A DNA stretch of 64,000 nucleotides from Candidatus Kerfeldbacteria bacterium (GTDB lineage Bacteria > Patescibacteriota > Patescibacteriia > UBA10025 > JAHIVO01), in contig CP181398.1 of NCBI GenBank assembly GCA_047946875.1, positions 399,154-463,153 on the forward strand. Reading direction: 5' to 3'. The notes beneath the pieces were generated by a model, which saw only the letters and a list, made by a program, of their open reading frames with translations, ran no database searches and was not told the origin of the DNA. Within the stretch, counting starts at the first letter, position 1, and the number at the start of each line of letters is the position of its first letter. Both the position numbers and the translations under genes were made by a program. Of the stretch, positions 10,179 to 19,838 are shown one piece after another.

Positions 10179-13100
10179 TTAGACTTTCTTTTTTATTACC
10201 ATTCTTTTGCAGAATTTACCAGCTGAGTCTGCTAGGGAATAAAGTACAGGTATGGCTACTAAGGTGCCAATAGTAGAAAATACCAATCCAGTAATAATGG
10301 CAGTGCCTAGGCCGGTCCAGAACGGGTCATAGATTGTAAGTGGGAGAATACCACCAATAGTTGTAATAGATGTTGAGAAAATAGGTTTGAATCTAGAGCG
10401 ACCAGTTCGAACCAATAGCTCTGTCATGGTTTCTTCGGGGAATTCTTGTCGATATCTATTGAAGGCAGCGATTAGTACAATGGCATCATTTACCACAATT
10501 CCAACTAGAGCTATTACACCAAGTCCTGAAATCATATTCAAACTACTACCAACTAACATAAGTCCAGGGAAAACACCGATTAAGGCTAAGGGGACAGCAA
10601 ACAATATTAAGGCTGGTTGGAAATATGAGTAAAATTGCCAGACAAGTATCAAATAAACTGCGACCATAGCTAATAAAAATATGATTTGAAGATTCTCAAA
10701 ATCGCCAGTAAATTCTGAATATTCTCCGCCGTATTTAACACCATCTTTTGTTAACCCATATTCTTCTAATTTATTCTCTGTTAGATAATCTATAATTTTC
10801 GTATTCAGTAGGGCTACATCAGCATTTTCGTTAACAGCAATATTTATAGTAGCAGCTCTTTCGCCATCTAGCCTAGTGATACTAATCGGGGTTTCTACAT
10901 TTTTTACTTCTGCCACTTCGCTAAGTTTTACGAAACCTCGAGTTGTAGATGGTATGATAATATTGTTTAAGTCATCTATGGAATCGGTGGAAAGGTCAGA
11001 AAATTCGATAATAATATCATCTGACTGTCCGTTTGAAGTAACTGCGACGGATCCAATATTTTGTGGACTGAAAGTCGAATTAATAGTACCAGCGGCTATC
11101 ATTGAATTTACACCTAGGCGGGTTAGGTTTGCACTATTTAATTCTACCTCTATGGAAGGAATTAATAATTCTTCCCTTTCATTATAAATTTTACTGACAC
11201 TACCATCTTCATTTAGAAAATTTATAAGATCGTTAGTGGCATTGGCCAATGATTCATCGGTATTACCCAGGAATTCAACTACAATATCATATTCTGAAAC
11301 AGGAGGACCAAAGGTAACAGCTTGCGCTTTGATAGATATATCGTCGCTTATGTTGCTTCTAATTTTATCTAAGTTTTTATCTAGAATTACTTCGATATCA
11401 AATATTTCAGTATTATCATGTCGGTCTACTGGCTCTGTAAAGGTAGCATAGATAGTATCCCCAAAAGTGTAAAAAGTTTCAAAATATGGAAGTGTAATTA
11501 TTTCATTTTGGACTTGGATAAATACTTCTTCTTTGTCTTCAAAAGCCATTCCAGATGGGAAGGTGAAGTCTGTTTGGATATTTGCACCGTCTTTGGAAGG
11601 GAACTGTTCAAATGGCAATTTTGGTGCGAACAGACCGAAGCTTATTACAAGTAAAATAGCCATGAAGGCTATTACTCCAATTTTTAGATAGGTCTTATTG
11701 AATATTTTTTTCATCATATTCGCGTATGCGATAGTAAGATTATTAATGGCATTTTGACCATAATGAATTATCGCAGGAATAATAAGCATTTTTTGCCACG
11801 GTTTTACTTTCTGAGCTCGTCTTTCTTCGTAGGTTTCTTCTTTTAGAATCCAGCTACCTAATAGTGGCATGATCGTCAGAGCTACAAAATATGAAGTAGC
11901 GATTATTAACATGATTGTAAATGGGATGAACTTCAAGAAATCACCCATAATCCCTCCAAGATTTGCAAAAGGTATAAAGACAACAATAGTAGATAGAGTA
12001 GCTGCTAAAACAGCAGGTCCTAATTTTCGAACAGCAATTAGGGCGGCTTGCACTTTTTTAGCTCCCTTTTCTAATTCATGGACCATTCCTTCAGCGATGA
12101 CAATAGCATTGTCTACAAGTATTCCCAAGGTCAGGATCATGGCAAATAATGTTAGAATATTTAGAGTGAAGTCTAACAGCTTCATCAAAAATAAACTTAT
12201 CAAAATAACGATTGGTATAACTAAAGCAACTACTAAAGCAGTTCTTAAATTAATAAAGAATAAAAGTACGATCAGGATAAGGATCAAACCAATATACCCA
12301 TTGTTTAAGAGACTATCTAATTGATTTTTCACATAAGGGGCGATAGAATAGGAGACGACTAAATTAATATCATCCGGAAGAATGTCTGATTTTTCTATTT
12401 CATCAATTTTTTCATTAACACTATTAAAGATATTTATAACATCACCATTATCTTTTTTGAAAACCATAAAATAAACTGATTCTTTGGCAAAAGATTCTTC
12501 ATCCTTGTTGTAGCCTACGTAGTGAGCAGAGTCTATATTTTTTGGACTTCGAGTTATAGTGGCAACGTCTTTTAGTGATACTCTACCTAAATTTATATTT
12601 TGGATGTCCTCAAGTGTTTGAATTGGAGCATTGATAGTAATCGATTTCTTAATGCCAAGTTCATCTTCTACGCTTCCTCCTGGTAGGGAAATAATTTGGG
12701 ATTGTATTACACTTTTTATTAATTCATAGCTGAGCTGGTATTTTGATAATTCTGCTGCATCAAGAGTTATTTTAATCACATATTCATTAGTTGGAGATAT
12801 TTCTATACGATCAATATCATTAGAGGATGATTCTAGTTCTGTTTTTACAGCTGTTGCATATTGTAGTAATTCTTCCGTTGTTTGATCATTATTGCCGACT
12901 AAACCAAGAGCGATAGAAGGACCAGCTGCGTCTACAGTTTGGATGGTAGTTTCAACTTCTGAAGGTAATCTAAGTTTATTAATTTCATTGGTTAGGGTGG
13001 TGATTGATTCATCAATCTTTGATGAATCTGTAAGGATTATTTGTATATGAGCAAAACTATTACGAGTAGATGATCTTACATAGTCTACAGTATCCATAGT

Positions 13101-13340
13101 AGTGGCAATTTGTTCTATCGGAACTACAACCTGTTGTTCAACGTCGGCCGGTGATGCTCCAGGATATACTGCACTAACAAAGATAAAGTTGATTGGGACG
13201 GATGGGAAGTCCTGTCTCTGGTTATTGGTGACACCCCATATTCCTGCTATTACTATAGTGATAAGTATGAGGATGCTTATTCTGTATCTGGTTATAAAAA
13301 ATTTAGACCAGCGTGTCATGAAAGATTCATTTTTTTCCAT
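10179..13340 (-). CDS. RND superfamily efflux transporter, AcrB/HAE1-like permease
   Basis: A 1053-aa protein with the N-terminal AcrB signature (VSAVYPGASPADVEQQVVVPIEQ). It has the 12-TM, two large periplasmic loop architecture. No membrane-fusion partner is adjacent. Confidence 0.8.
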   Translation of the reverse strand: MEKNESFMTRWSKFFITRYRISILILITIVIAGIWGVTNNQRQDFPSVPINFIFVSAVYPGASPADVEQQVVVPIEQIATTMDTVDYVRSSTRNSFAHIQIILTDSSKIDESITTLTNEINKLRLPSEVETTIQTVDAAGPSIALGLVGNNDQTTEELLQYATAVKTELESSSNDIDRIEISPTNEYVIKITLDAAELSKYQLSYELIKSVIQSQIISLPGGSVEDELGIKKSITINAPIQTLEDIQNINLGRVSLKDVATITRSPKNIDSAHYVGYNKDEESFAKESVYFMVFKKDNGDVINIFNSVNEKIDEIEKSDILPDDINLVVSYSIAPYVKNQLDSLLNNGYIGLILILIVLLFFINLRTALVVALVIPIVILISLFLMKLLDFTLNILTLFAMILTLGILVDNAIVIAEGMVHELEKGAKKVQAALIAVRKLGPAVLAATLSTIVVFIPFANLGGIMGDFLKFIPFTIMLIIATSYFVALTIMPLLGSWILKEETYEERRAQKVKPWQKMLIIPAIIHYGQNAINNLTIAYANMMKKIFNKTYLKIGVIAFMAILLVISFGLFAPKLPFEQFPSKDGANIQTDFTFPSGMAFEDKEEVFIQVQNEIITLPYFETFYTFGDTIYATFTEPVDRHDNTEIFDIEVILDKNLDKIRSNISDDISIKAQAVTFGPPVSEYDIVVEFLGNTDESLANATNDLINFLNEDGSVSKIYNEREELLIPSIEVELNSANLTRLGVNSMIAAGTINSTFSPQNIGSVAVTSNGQSDDIIIEFSDLSTDSIDDLNNIIIPSTTRGFVKLSEVAEVKNVETPISITRLDGERAATINIAVNENADVALLNTKIIDYLTENKLEEYGLTKDGVKYGGEYSEFTGDFENLQIIFLLAMVAVYLILVWQFYSYFQPALILFAVPLALIGVFPGLMLVGSSLNMISGLGVIALVGIVVNDAIVLIAAFNRYRQEFPEETMTELLVRTGRSRFKPIFSTSITTIGGILPLTIYDPFWTGLGTAIITGLVFSTIGTLVAIPVLYSLADSAGKFCKRMVIKKKV

Positions 13341-13460
13341 ATTTTTATACTTTTTTTAATATTTATTATTACTTAATTGTAGCTAATACTATCTATTTTT
13401 TAGTTATAAGTCAATCGTGCTTTTGTATTGTTAATACTTAACAAATCTGAAATTTATATA

Positions 13461-13497
13461 TTTTTTAAAAAAAAGACCTTCTTATTACGAAGGTCTG
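13461..13497 (-). terminator. hairpin terminator downstream of the small minus-strand ORF
   Basis: An AGACCTTC-TTATTAC-GAAGGTCT hairpin with a T run on the minus strand. Confidence 0.5.
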
Positions 13498-13612
13498 GTT
13501 AATATATAACTAATGCAATTATTGCAAAATAATCTCTCAAAGAAAGCATCTAGAATTTTTGGTGAATAGTGTGAGTTTTTTTATTATCAATTTCTTATTT
13601 TCCCATCATTAT

Positions 13613-13798
13613 TCAATATTTTTGTATTAATATGCTTGCAAAGCCCAAGATAAATATTACAAAACATATTAAACAACAGTTTAAACGTTTTTTACCAATT
13701 CGATCACAATGTTCACAAACACTAGTGTTAGAGTTTGATTTATTATCGCCAATATCCTTTTGGCAATACATACAAGTGTTAACATCGCTTGATGTCAA
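13613..13798 (-). CDS. small zinc-ribbon membrane protein (TTG start; possible anti-sigma-like)
   Basis: CxxC...CxxC followed by a C-terminal TM helix. An AAGGGGG SD lies 8 nt upstream of the TTG, and the terminator follows. It is divergent from the ECF sigma gene. Confidence 0.35.
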   Translation of the reverse strand: MTSSDVNTCMYCQKDIGDNKSNSNTSVCEHCDRIGKKRLNCCLICFVIFILGFASILIQKY

Positions 13799-13944
13799 TA
13801 TAGGTGCCCCCTTATTTTTTTAATGTTAAATAACTATTTTATAATCAATAAAAATACCATTTTCTTATATTTATGTCAATATGTAAATTTAATATTTGAA
13901 ATAAATATATGGTATACTACGTATTACTTATAAACGCCTGATTT

Positions 13945-14538
13945 TTGAATATTATGAACTTTAACGGCGATTGTCAAAACAAAACAGACAATGAACTAGT
14001 AAAACTAGTTTTAGAAAATGCTGAATGGTACGGTTGTTTAATGCAGAGGTATGAAGAGAAGTTGGCTAGGTATATATACAGAATTTCAGGTAATTCACAG
14101 GAAGACATAGAAGATCTTCTGCAGGAAATATTTTTAGCAGTATATAGGAATTTGAATGATTTTGATAATAATCTAAAATTTTCTTCTTGGATTTACCGGA
14201 TAACCCATAATCATGTCATTAGTAATCACCGAAAGATAAAGGCACGGATAAAACAGATTAATGGAGAAGATGGTGAAAAGTTATTAAGCATAATGAAAGA
14301 TAACAAAGATTTAGGAGAAATTATAAATGACAAAATAACTGGTGAGGTACTGAGTAAATTATTAGATCAAATTGATGGTAAATACAAAGAAGTTTTGGTA
14401 TTACGATATTTAGAAGAGAAAGAGTACAATGAAATTTCAGACATTCTGAAGAAACCTGTTGCTACTATTGGGACACTATTAAGTAGAGCTAAAAAAAATA
14501 TGCATACTATAATTATAAAAGAAGGGATAGAACTATGA
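13945..14538 (+). CDS. RNA polymerase sigma factor, ECF (sigma-70 family group IV)
   Basis: Region 2 (EDLLQEIFLAVYRNLNDFD...WIYRITHNHVISNHRK) and region 4 HTH (YNEISDILKKPVATIGTLLSRAKKNM). Confidence 0.8.
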   Translation: MNIMNFNGDCQNKTDNELVKLVLENAEWYGCLMQRYEEKLARYIYRISGNSQEDIEDLLQEIFLAVYRNLNDFDNNLKFSSWIYRITHNHVISNHRKIKARIKQINGEDGEKLLSIMKDNKDLGEIINDKITGEVLSKLLDQIDGKYKEVLVLRYLEEKEYNEISDILKKPVATIGTLLSRAKKNMHTIIIKEGIEL

Positions 14539-15305
14539 GTAAAGTAACAGACAAAATATTAGAGACTATTAAGTCTAAACATATTGCGCCTAAACCACAT
14601 TGGCAGTTTTTGATAAAAAGATATCTAATCTGGTCAATGGCAATACTTTCAACGATTATTGGTAGTTTTTCATTTAGCGTATTAATATTTAAGATTGTTA
14701 ATAGTGATTGGGATATATATAGATATTTGGATAGAAATGTATTTGAACATATGTTTACTACTTTGCCATATATTTGGTTTGTATTTTTAGCACTATTCAT
14801 AATTCTAGCTTATTACAATGCAAGACATACTAAAGGGGCATACAAATATCAAGCATATTGGTTTGTGGTAGCAAGTATCTTAGTTAGTATGATTTTGGGA
14901 GGTATATTTTATGCATTTGGATTTGCACCTAGGGTAAATTTATTTGCAGAGCGACTACCAATATTACGTGACTTGATGCAGAATAGAGATGAAATATGGT
15001 TAGATCCTAGTAATGGTTTATTAGCTGGGGAAATTACAGAGATGCTAAGCGGTGTAGGAATGTTTGAGTTAAAAGATTTTGATAACAACGTTTGGATTAT
15101 TATTTCTTCTGATGAGTTAGTAATACCATCACATTTAGAAATATTAAAAGGAGTGAAAGTAAGAATAATAGGAGAGTTACAAGATAAAGAAATTTTTGAA
15201 GCAGATCGAATAATGCCTTATCAAATGGGCCCTGGAATTATAAAGGGTGGGATTAATAAAGAAGAAGCATGTAGAAAATCTAGTAATTGCAAAATATTCA
15301 AGTAG
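14535..15305 (+). CDS. membrane protein, putative anti-sigma factor (translationally coupled to the ECF sigma)
   Basis: A 4-bp overlap with the sigma gene. Four TM helices plus a C-terminal extracytoplasmic domain. Confidence 0.45.
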   Translation: MSKVTDKILETIKSKHIAPKPHWQFLIKRYLIWSMAILSTIIGSFSFSVLIFKIVNSDWDIYRYLDRNVFEHMFTTLPYIWFVFLALFIILAYYNARHTKGAYKYQAYWFVVASILVSMILGGIFYAFGFAPRVNLFAERLPILRDLMQNRDEIWLDPSNGLLAGEITEMLSGVGMFELKDFDNNVWIIISSDELVIPSHLEILKGVKVRIIGELQDKEIFEADRIMPYQMGPGIIKGGINKEEACRKSSNCKIFK

Positions 15306-15325
15306 ATTTTCAAAATTTGGGTAAA

Positions 15326-15362
15326 ATAAAAAAGGAGTCGGTTGAACCAACTCCTTTATTTG
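15326..15362. terminator. bidirectional terminator
   Basis: AAGGAGT-loop-ACTCCTT flanked by an A run and a T run. Confidence 0.6.
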
Positions 15363-15382
15363 AATAGGTAATGTGTGAGTGA

Positions 15383-15934
15383 CTATTTCACTCCAACTGC
15401 TTTTTTGATCTCACTTTTGACTGATTCTCTGACCATAGCTTCAAAAATTATAGCCAGCACATAAGCGATGAGAAATACGACAGCAGTCAGCACATGGTCA
15501 CTCATTGCCAGGAAAACCACTAGACCGAATTTCATGATGACCTTATATGCCATAAGCCCTTTATTGAACAACAGTCTACCGATCCAATAGTGGTTCAGTT
15601 GATTCGCTTTTCCAGAAACATGAAACAACTGTATTATGACGACGGTTAGCTGAATCACGATGAACACTACCCAGACCCAGACCACAACCAGGTTTTCAAA
15701 TTTAGACACCCAGTCCTCTGATTGGTAGATACTGAGATACAGAATCACGTTCAGGGATGCTAATATCAACATCCCGACAAGAGTCCACACGGGACCCATG
15801 ATCTTTTGGAAGAAGTTTTTCCTTTTGTATTCAAGAGTCTCCCACACTCGTCTGATAGCATCTTCGTGTGCCGGTGAAACAAGCAGTCTACGGAGCAGCT
15901 TTTCTTCGGTTCTGGTAAGTTCTCTTTTTGCCAT
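15383..15934 (-). CDS. hypothetical membrane protein (GC about 44%, atypical for this genome)
   Basis: Four to five TM helices. Its base composition is clearly higher in GC than the flanking genes. Confidence 0.5.
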   Translation of the reverse strand: MAKRELTRTEEKLLRRLLVSPAHEDAIRRVWETLEYKRKNFFQKIMGPVWTLVGMLILASLNVILYLSIYQSEDWVSKFENLVVVWVWVVFIVIQLTVVIIQLFHVSGKANQLNHYWIGRLLFNKGLMAYKVIMKFGLVVFLAMSDHVLTAVVFLIAYVLAIIFEAMVRESVKSEIKKAVGVK

Positions 15935-16077
15935 GATAATTTCTCCGATTCTATAAAGGGACGTTGTTTGTTTTTCTATTTAACAGAACATAATAGCAGA
16001 TCGTATCTTATTTGTCAAGGCTTACTTTGGTATACTTTTGAAATATATAATATTGACATAAAGGATATAATTGGTAT

Positions 16078-16431
16078 ATGTTTATATATAGATATAAATT
16101 AATAATTATGAATAAAAATATGGGTACACCAGAAGGATCAATAGATTTATTAAAAGAAGAAATGGAAAAAAAGGTAGGATGGTTTAAATCATCATTAGAT
16201 CTTCTATTAGAAAATGCCGATGCTGGAAATTGGTCGCAAGTTTCCTATTCTAAAATTGAAGATAGGGTGTTTGCTGCTAAGGATGGACTTACCCGCGACA
16301 ATATTGATGATATGATAGAAAAAGTTACTAAGGTAAAGGAATTATATACAGAAGCAAATAATAAAAGTGAGGTACCAGAGGAATTTCAAGTTGAGATTCA
16401 CAGAATGTTAAGTCATCTACAGACAATGTAA
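16078..16431 (+). CDS. hypothetical protein
   Basis: A 117-aa acidic helical ORF. The true start may be the internal Met (MNKNMG). Confidence 0.4.
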   Translation: MFIYRYKLIIMNKNMGTPEGSIDLLKEEMEKKVGWFKSSLDLLLENADAGNWSQVSYSKIEDRVFAAKDGLTRDNIDDMIEKVTKVKELYTEANNKSEVPEEFQVEIHRMLSHLQTM

Positions 16432-16702
16432 TAAAAATTAGTTATAGTTAAACAAAATACCCTTTTGCTTACAGGCAGGTAGGAGTGACAAAAGGATAAA
16501 TGTTTACTATGAAATAATATTGAATAACTTGCGTATTAATAGATATAATCACTGATTTTGGTTATAATAAATTTATGTTTTATCTAAGATATCTTAAAAA
16601 ATGAAATTAAATAGTTTTAAATACGTATATATAAGCATAAGGCCGTTAATTTGGAATTATGTTAATTTAGGCCAGTATTAATTAGTTAAAATAAGAATAA
16701 AT

Positions 16703-17383
16703 ATGTCTAATATCATAGAAGCAAACAAGCTTACAAAAAAATATAAAGATGGTGACTCAGAAACAGTCGCCCTAGATAATGTTACTATTGCCTTGCCAGA
16801 GAAAGAAAGTATGGTGATAATTGGGACTTCCGGGTCCGGTAAAACTACTTTATTACAGTTATTAGGTGGACTGGATTTTCCGACTTCAGGTGAGGTGATA
16901 ATCGGAGGAGAAAAAATTAATAGTCTAGATGATAATAGTCTATCAAAATTTCGAAATCAAACAATTGGATTTGTATTTCAATTTTTTCATTTACAAGATT
17001 ATCTGACTGCCAAAGAAAATATTGCTCTACCATTAATTCTAGATGGTAAAAGTGAGGAAGAGGCAGATAAAAGAGCAATAGAGTTATTGAAACAAATTAA
17101 TTTAGAAAATAGAACCAATCACACTCCAGCAAAAATGTCAGGTGGAGAAATGCAGAGAGTAGCCATCGCTAGAGCACTGGCTAACAATCCAAAGATAATT
17201 TTAGCAGATGAGCCAACTGGTAATCTTGACAAAGCTAACGCTGAAAATATTTTAGAGCTTTTTGATGAGATTTCTAAGACGGGGGTTAGTGTTCTGATGA
17301 TTACGCACGATGAGAATATGGCAAATCGTTATAATCATGTAGTGCATTTAGATAAGGGACAAATTAAAAAAGAAGGAAAATAA
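16703..17383 (+). CDS. ABC transporter ATP-binding protein (MacB/LolD/FtsE-like)
   Basis: GTSGSGKTTLL, the Q-loop, [26 protein letters not shown] and ITHD. Confidence 0.85.
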   Translation: MSNIIEANKLTKKYKDGDSETVALDNVTIALPEKESMVIIGTSGSGKTTLLQLLGGLDFPTSGEVIIGGEKINSLDDNSLSKFRNQTIGFVFQFFHLQDYLTAKENIALPLILDGKSEEEADKRAIELLKQINLENRTNHTPAKMSGGEMQRVAIARALANNPKIILADEPTGNLDKANAENILELFDEISKTGVSVLMITHDENMANRYNHVVHLDKGQIKKEGK

Positions 17384-17387
17384 ATAT

Positions 17388-19223
17388 ATGAAATTCAGTT
17401 ACATAAATAAGTTAAATATAAAAAAATTAAAAAAATATAAAGCTAAGTCATCTTTTTTAATTATTCCAATTACATTTCTGATGGCTATCGGTATTTTAGT
17501 TTCCAGTCAGGCTGGTAATATTATGGAAGCTTCAGAAGAAGTTATTTTTGGGACAGCCGCAGAGCAGGGTAAATTTATAGCTTTGACTCCTGATCAGGGA
17601 GACAGCGAACATAATTTTAGATCTTTGTTTGGTGGTGATGCAGAATATTTGGAAAGTGATCTAGATATTATTAATGCTATTCCTAATGTTGAAGCTGCTG
17701 GTTTGCCAGTTAGATTACCGATAGACCAAGTTGTCACTGAGGATTTGTTTGAAGATGTCTCATTGAATATAAATAATATCCAGGTAATATCTGAAGATTT
17801 GGCCGGTCAATATACTGATCAAGACTTTTCTCATGAAGATGGAGAACCTATTCCTATCATTTTGAATGCTAATGGTTTTATTAGAAATTTTGAGGATTGG
17901 GGAGGGCAAGATGAATTTACCTTAGAGTTTACGGGTATGAGACAAGGGGGTAATAGAGAAGCAATCGAAGCGCAACTACCTTTCAAAACAGAAGCATTGA
18001 CTTATGATCGAGATGATATGTTGGGTCAAGAATTTACAATTCAGTTTGGTGGATTTACTCCAGTCCAAACATATGAACAGGAATTTGCAACTAGTGGAGT
18101 CTTGTATCGAAATTTAACTGAAGAGCAGATTCAAGTCAATGAAGATCAGCGTAGAAATGATCTAAATTCTTATTGGGATTATGATGAATTAAATACTCCA
18201 ATAGAATATACCTTCAAAGTAGTAGGGGTTATCGAAGAAGAAGGTATCTATTCAAATTATATTCCTTCAACTTTTGCTACTCAGTTAGTAGAAGATTATA
18301 TTCAGAAACAACTTGATTCTAGAAATGATACAGAGATAGCTGTAGATGATCTTAATAATATTTACAATGGTTTAACTTTTGATGGATTAGAATTGTCTGG
18401 TGGTGGATCTGTTGGTATTGGTTCTGTGAAAATTGGGGGTGGAGGTATGGGATTATTTTCTGGAACAACAGATGAAGAAGAGGAGGTAGTCGCTACATAT
18501 ACTATTCCCGGCTTGGTAATAAATACCGAAAGGGTAGAAGGTGATACAGATGCTTTTTCACAAAGAATGTTTGGATCTTCAGCTACGCCGTTGGGCGAGT
18601 ATACCGACCCAACAGTTTTTGAACAATCAGTTTATAAAGCAAGTGCTATTTTGATAAAAGTAAATGATATTGAGAATAGAGCTCAAGTAGTAACTGATTT
18701 GAATGATGCTGGGTATGCTTATCAGGATTTGAACGATCAAGAGGTATTTGCAGAACTACAAGCTAGTCTGAATTATGCTACCAGTATTGTTACTATCTCA
18801 TTTATTATTTTAACTGCTGTAATTATTATTTTGACTATGGGTAAGTTTGTTTCAGAAAGTAGGAAAGAGATTGGTGTTTTCCGAGCGATCGGTGCTACCA
18901 AGGGTGATATTAAAAAATTATTTATGTCCCAGGCGTTATTATATACTCTGATTGGTTATATAGTTGGTTCTTTGTTAGGGATTAGCTTGGTCCTGCTGTC
19001 AGCTAAGCCAGTACAGTTATGGTTTGATTCATTCATTGACAATACAGTTGATGAGACATTTGCAGTTGTACAGACGACCAATGCTGGAATATTTGCCCAA
19101 GTAGATTGGCAGATGTTAGGTATTTATACATTATTACTGCTTGTAATATCTTTAACCATATCTTTGATACCAGCAACACGAGCTTCAAGAGTTTCACCAG
19201 TTCAAGCAATTAAGAATGAGTAA
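17388..19223 (+). CDS. ABC transporter permease, FtsX/MacB-like with large extracytoplasmic domain
   Basis: An N-terminal TM, an extracytoplasmic domain of about 420 aa, and a C-terminal FtsX-type 4-TM bundle. Confidence 0.75.
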   Translation: MKFSYINKLNIKKLKKYKAKSSFLIIPITFLMAIGILVSSQAGNIMEASEEVIFGTAAEQGKFIALTPDQGDSEHNFRSLFGGDAEYLESDLDIINAIPNVEAAGLPVRLPIDQVVTEDLFEDVSLNINNIQVISEDLAGQYTDQDFSHEDGEPIPIILNANGFIRNFEDWGGQDEFTLEFTGMRQGGNREAIEAQLPFKTEALTYDRDDMLGQEFTIQFGGFTPVQTYEQEFATSGVLYRNLTEEQIQVNEDQRRNDLNSYWDYDELNTPIEYTFKVVGVIEEEGIYSNYIPSTFATQLVEDYIQKQLDSRNDTEIAVDDLNNIYNGLTFDGLELSGGGSVGIGSVKIGGGGMGLFSGTTDEEEEVVATYTIPGLVINTERVEGDTDAFSQRMFGSSATPLGEYTDPTVFEQSVYKASAILIKVNDIENRAQVVTDLNDAGYAYQDLNDQEVFAELQASLNYATSIVTISFIILTAVIIILTMGKFVSESRKEIGVFRAIGATKGDIKKLFMSQALLYTLIGYIVGSLLGISLVLLSAKPVQLWFDSFIDNTVDETFAVVQTTNAGIFAQVDWQMLGIYTLLLLVISLTISLIPATRASRVSPVQAIKNE

Positions 19224-19779
19224 ATTTATGGCATTAAGCACGAAGAAAAAAACTATAATGTTTACTCTGGCCGGTTTGATTGTATTAACAGTTTTTGTTT
19301 CAGCGTACGTAATAATGTTTGAAAAAGATTCGTTTGTAGTAGCTCTTGAGCAAGAAGGAGTTTTAATAGATGAAGTAAAAGATGAAATCTTGGCTACAGC
19401 TAAGGCGCTTGAATCTAAAGTTGAATCTGGGGAAATAACCGAAGATGAAATGAAAATAGATGTTCAGAGAACGTTAACCGAAGCTCTGCGTAAACTAGTC
19501 TCTTCTGAAGAAATAACTCAACGTGAAATGACTGATCAAATGGAAAGTTATTATGAATCTACTGGGGGTATTGATAGTCAAAGGACAGGCGATCTTGCAG
19601 AATTCTGTGAAAGAATAAATAGTGGTGAAGCTAGAACTGGTATGGGTGGGAGCATGGGCGGAGGAGATAAATTTGCTCAGATGCAATCACTCTGTTCGGA
19701 TAATATCTATACAGATGAAGAAATAGCAATATTTAATGATATTCAAAGCCAAAGAGGTTCTGGGAGTTTTAGTCGTTAA
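19216..19779 (+). CDS. hypothetical secreted/anchored protein
   Basis: An N-terminal TM followed by acidic helices and a Gly-rich tail. It sits between the two FtsX permeases and overlaps the upstream gene by 8 nt. Confidence 0.5.
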   Translation: MSKFMALSTKKKTIMFTLAGLIVLTVFVSAYVIMFEKDSFVVALEQEGVLIDEVKDEILATAKALESKVESGEITEDEMKIDVQRTLTEALRKLVSSEEITQREMTDQMESYYESTGGIDSQRTGDLAEFCERINSGEARTGMGGSMGGGDKFAQMQSLCSDNIYTDEEIAIFNDIQSQRGSGSFSR

Positions 19780-19838
19780 CATTATATATTAAATATAAAT
19801 GTATATGGTATAATACTACTATACTTTTCAAATACGTT

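Noticed and set aside
10179-13340. RND pump as part of a tripartite efflux operon.
   Set aside because: No membrane-fusion or outer-membrane factor genes are adjacent. The pump is flanked by terminators and unrelated genes, so it is annotated as a stand-alone RND permease.
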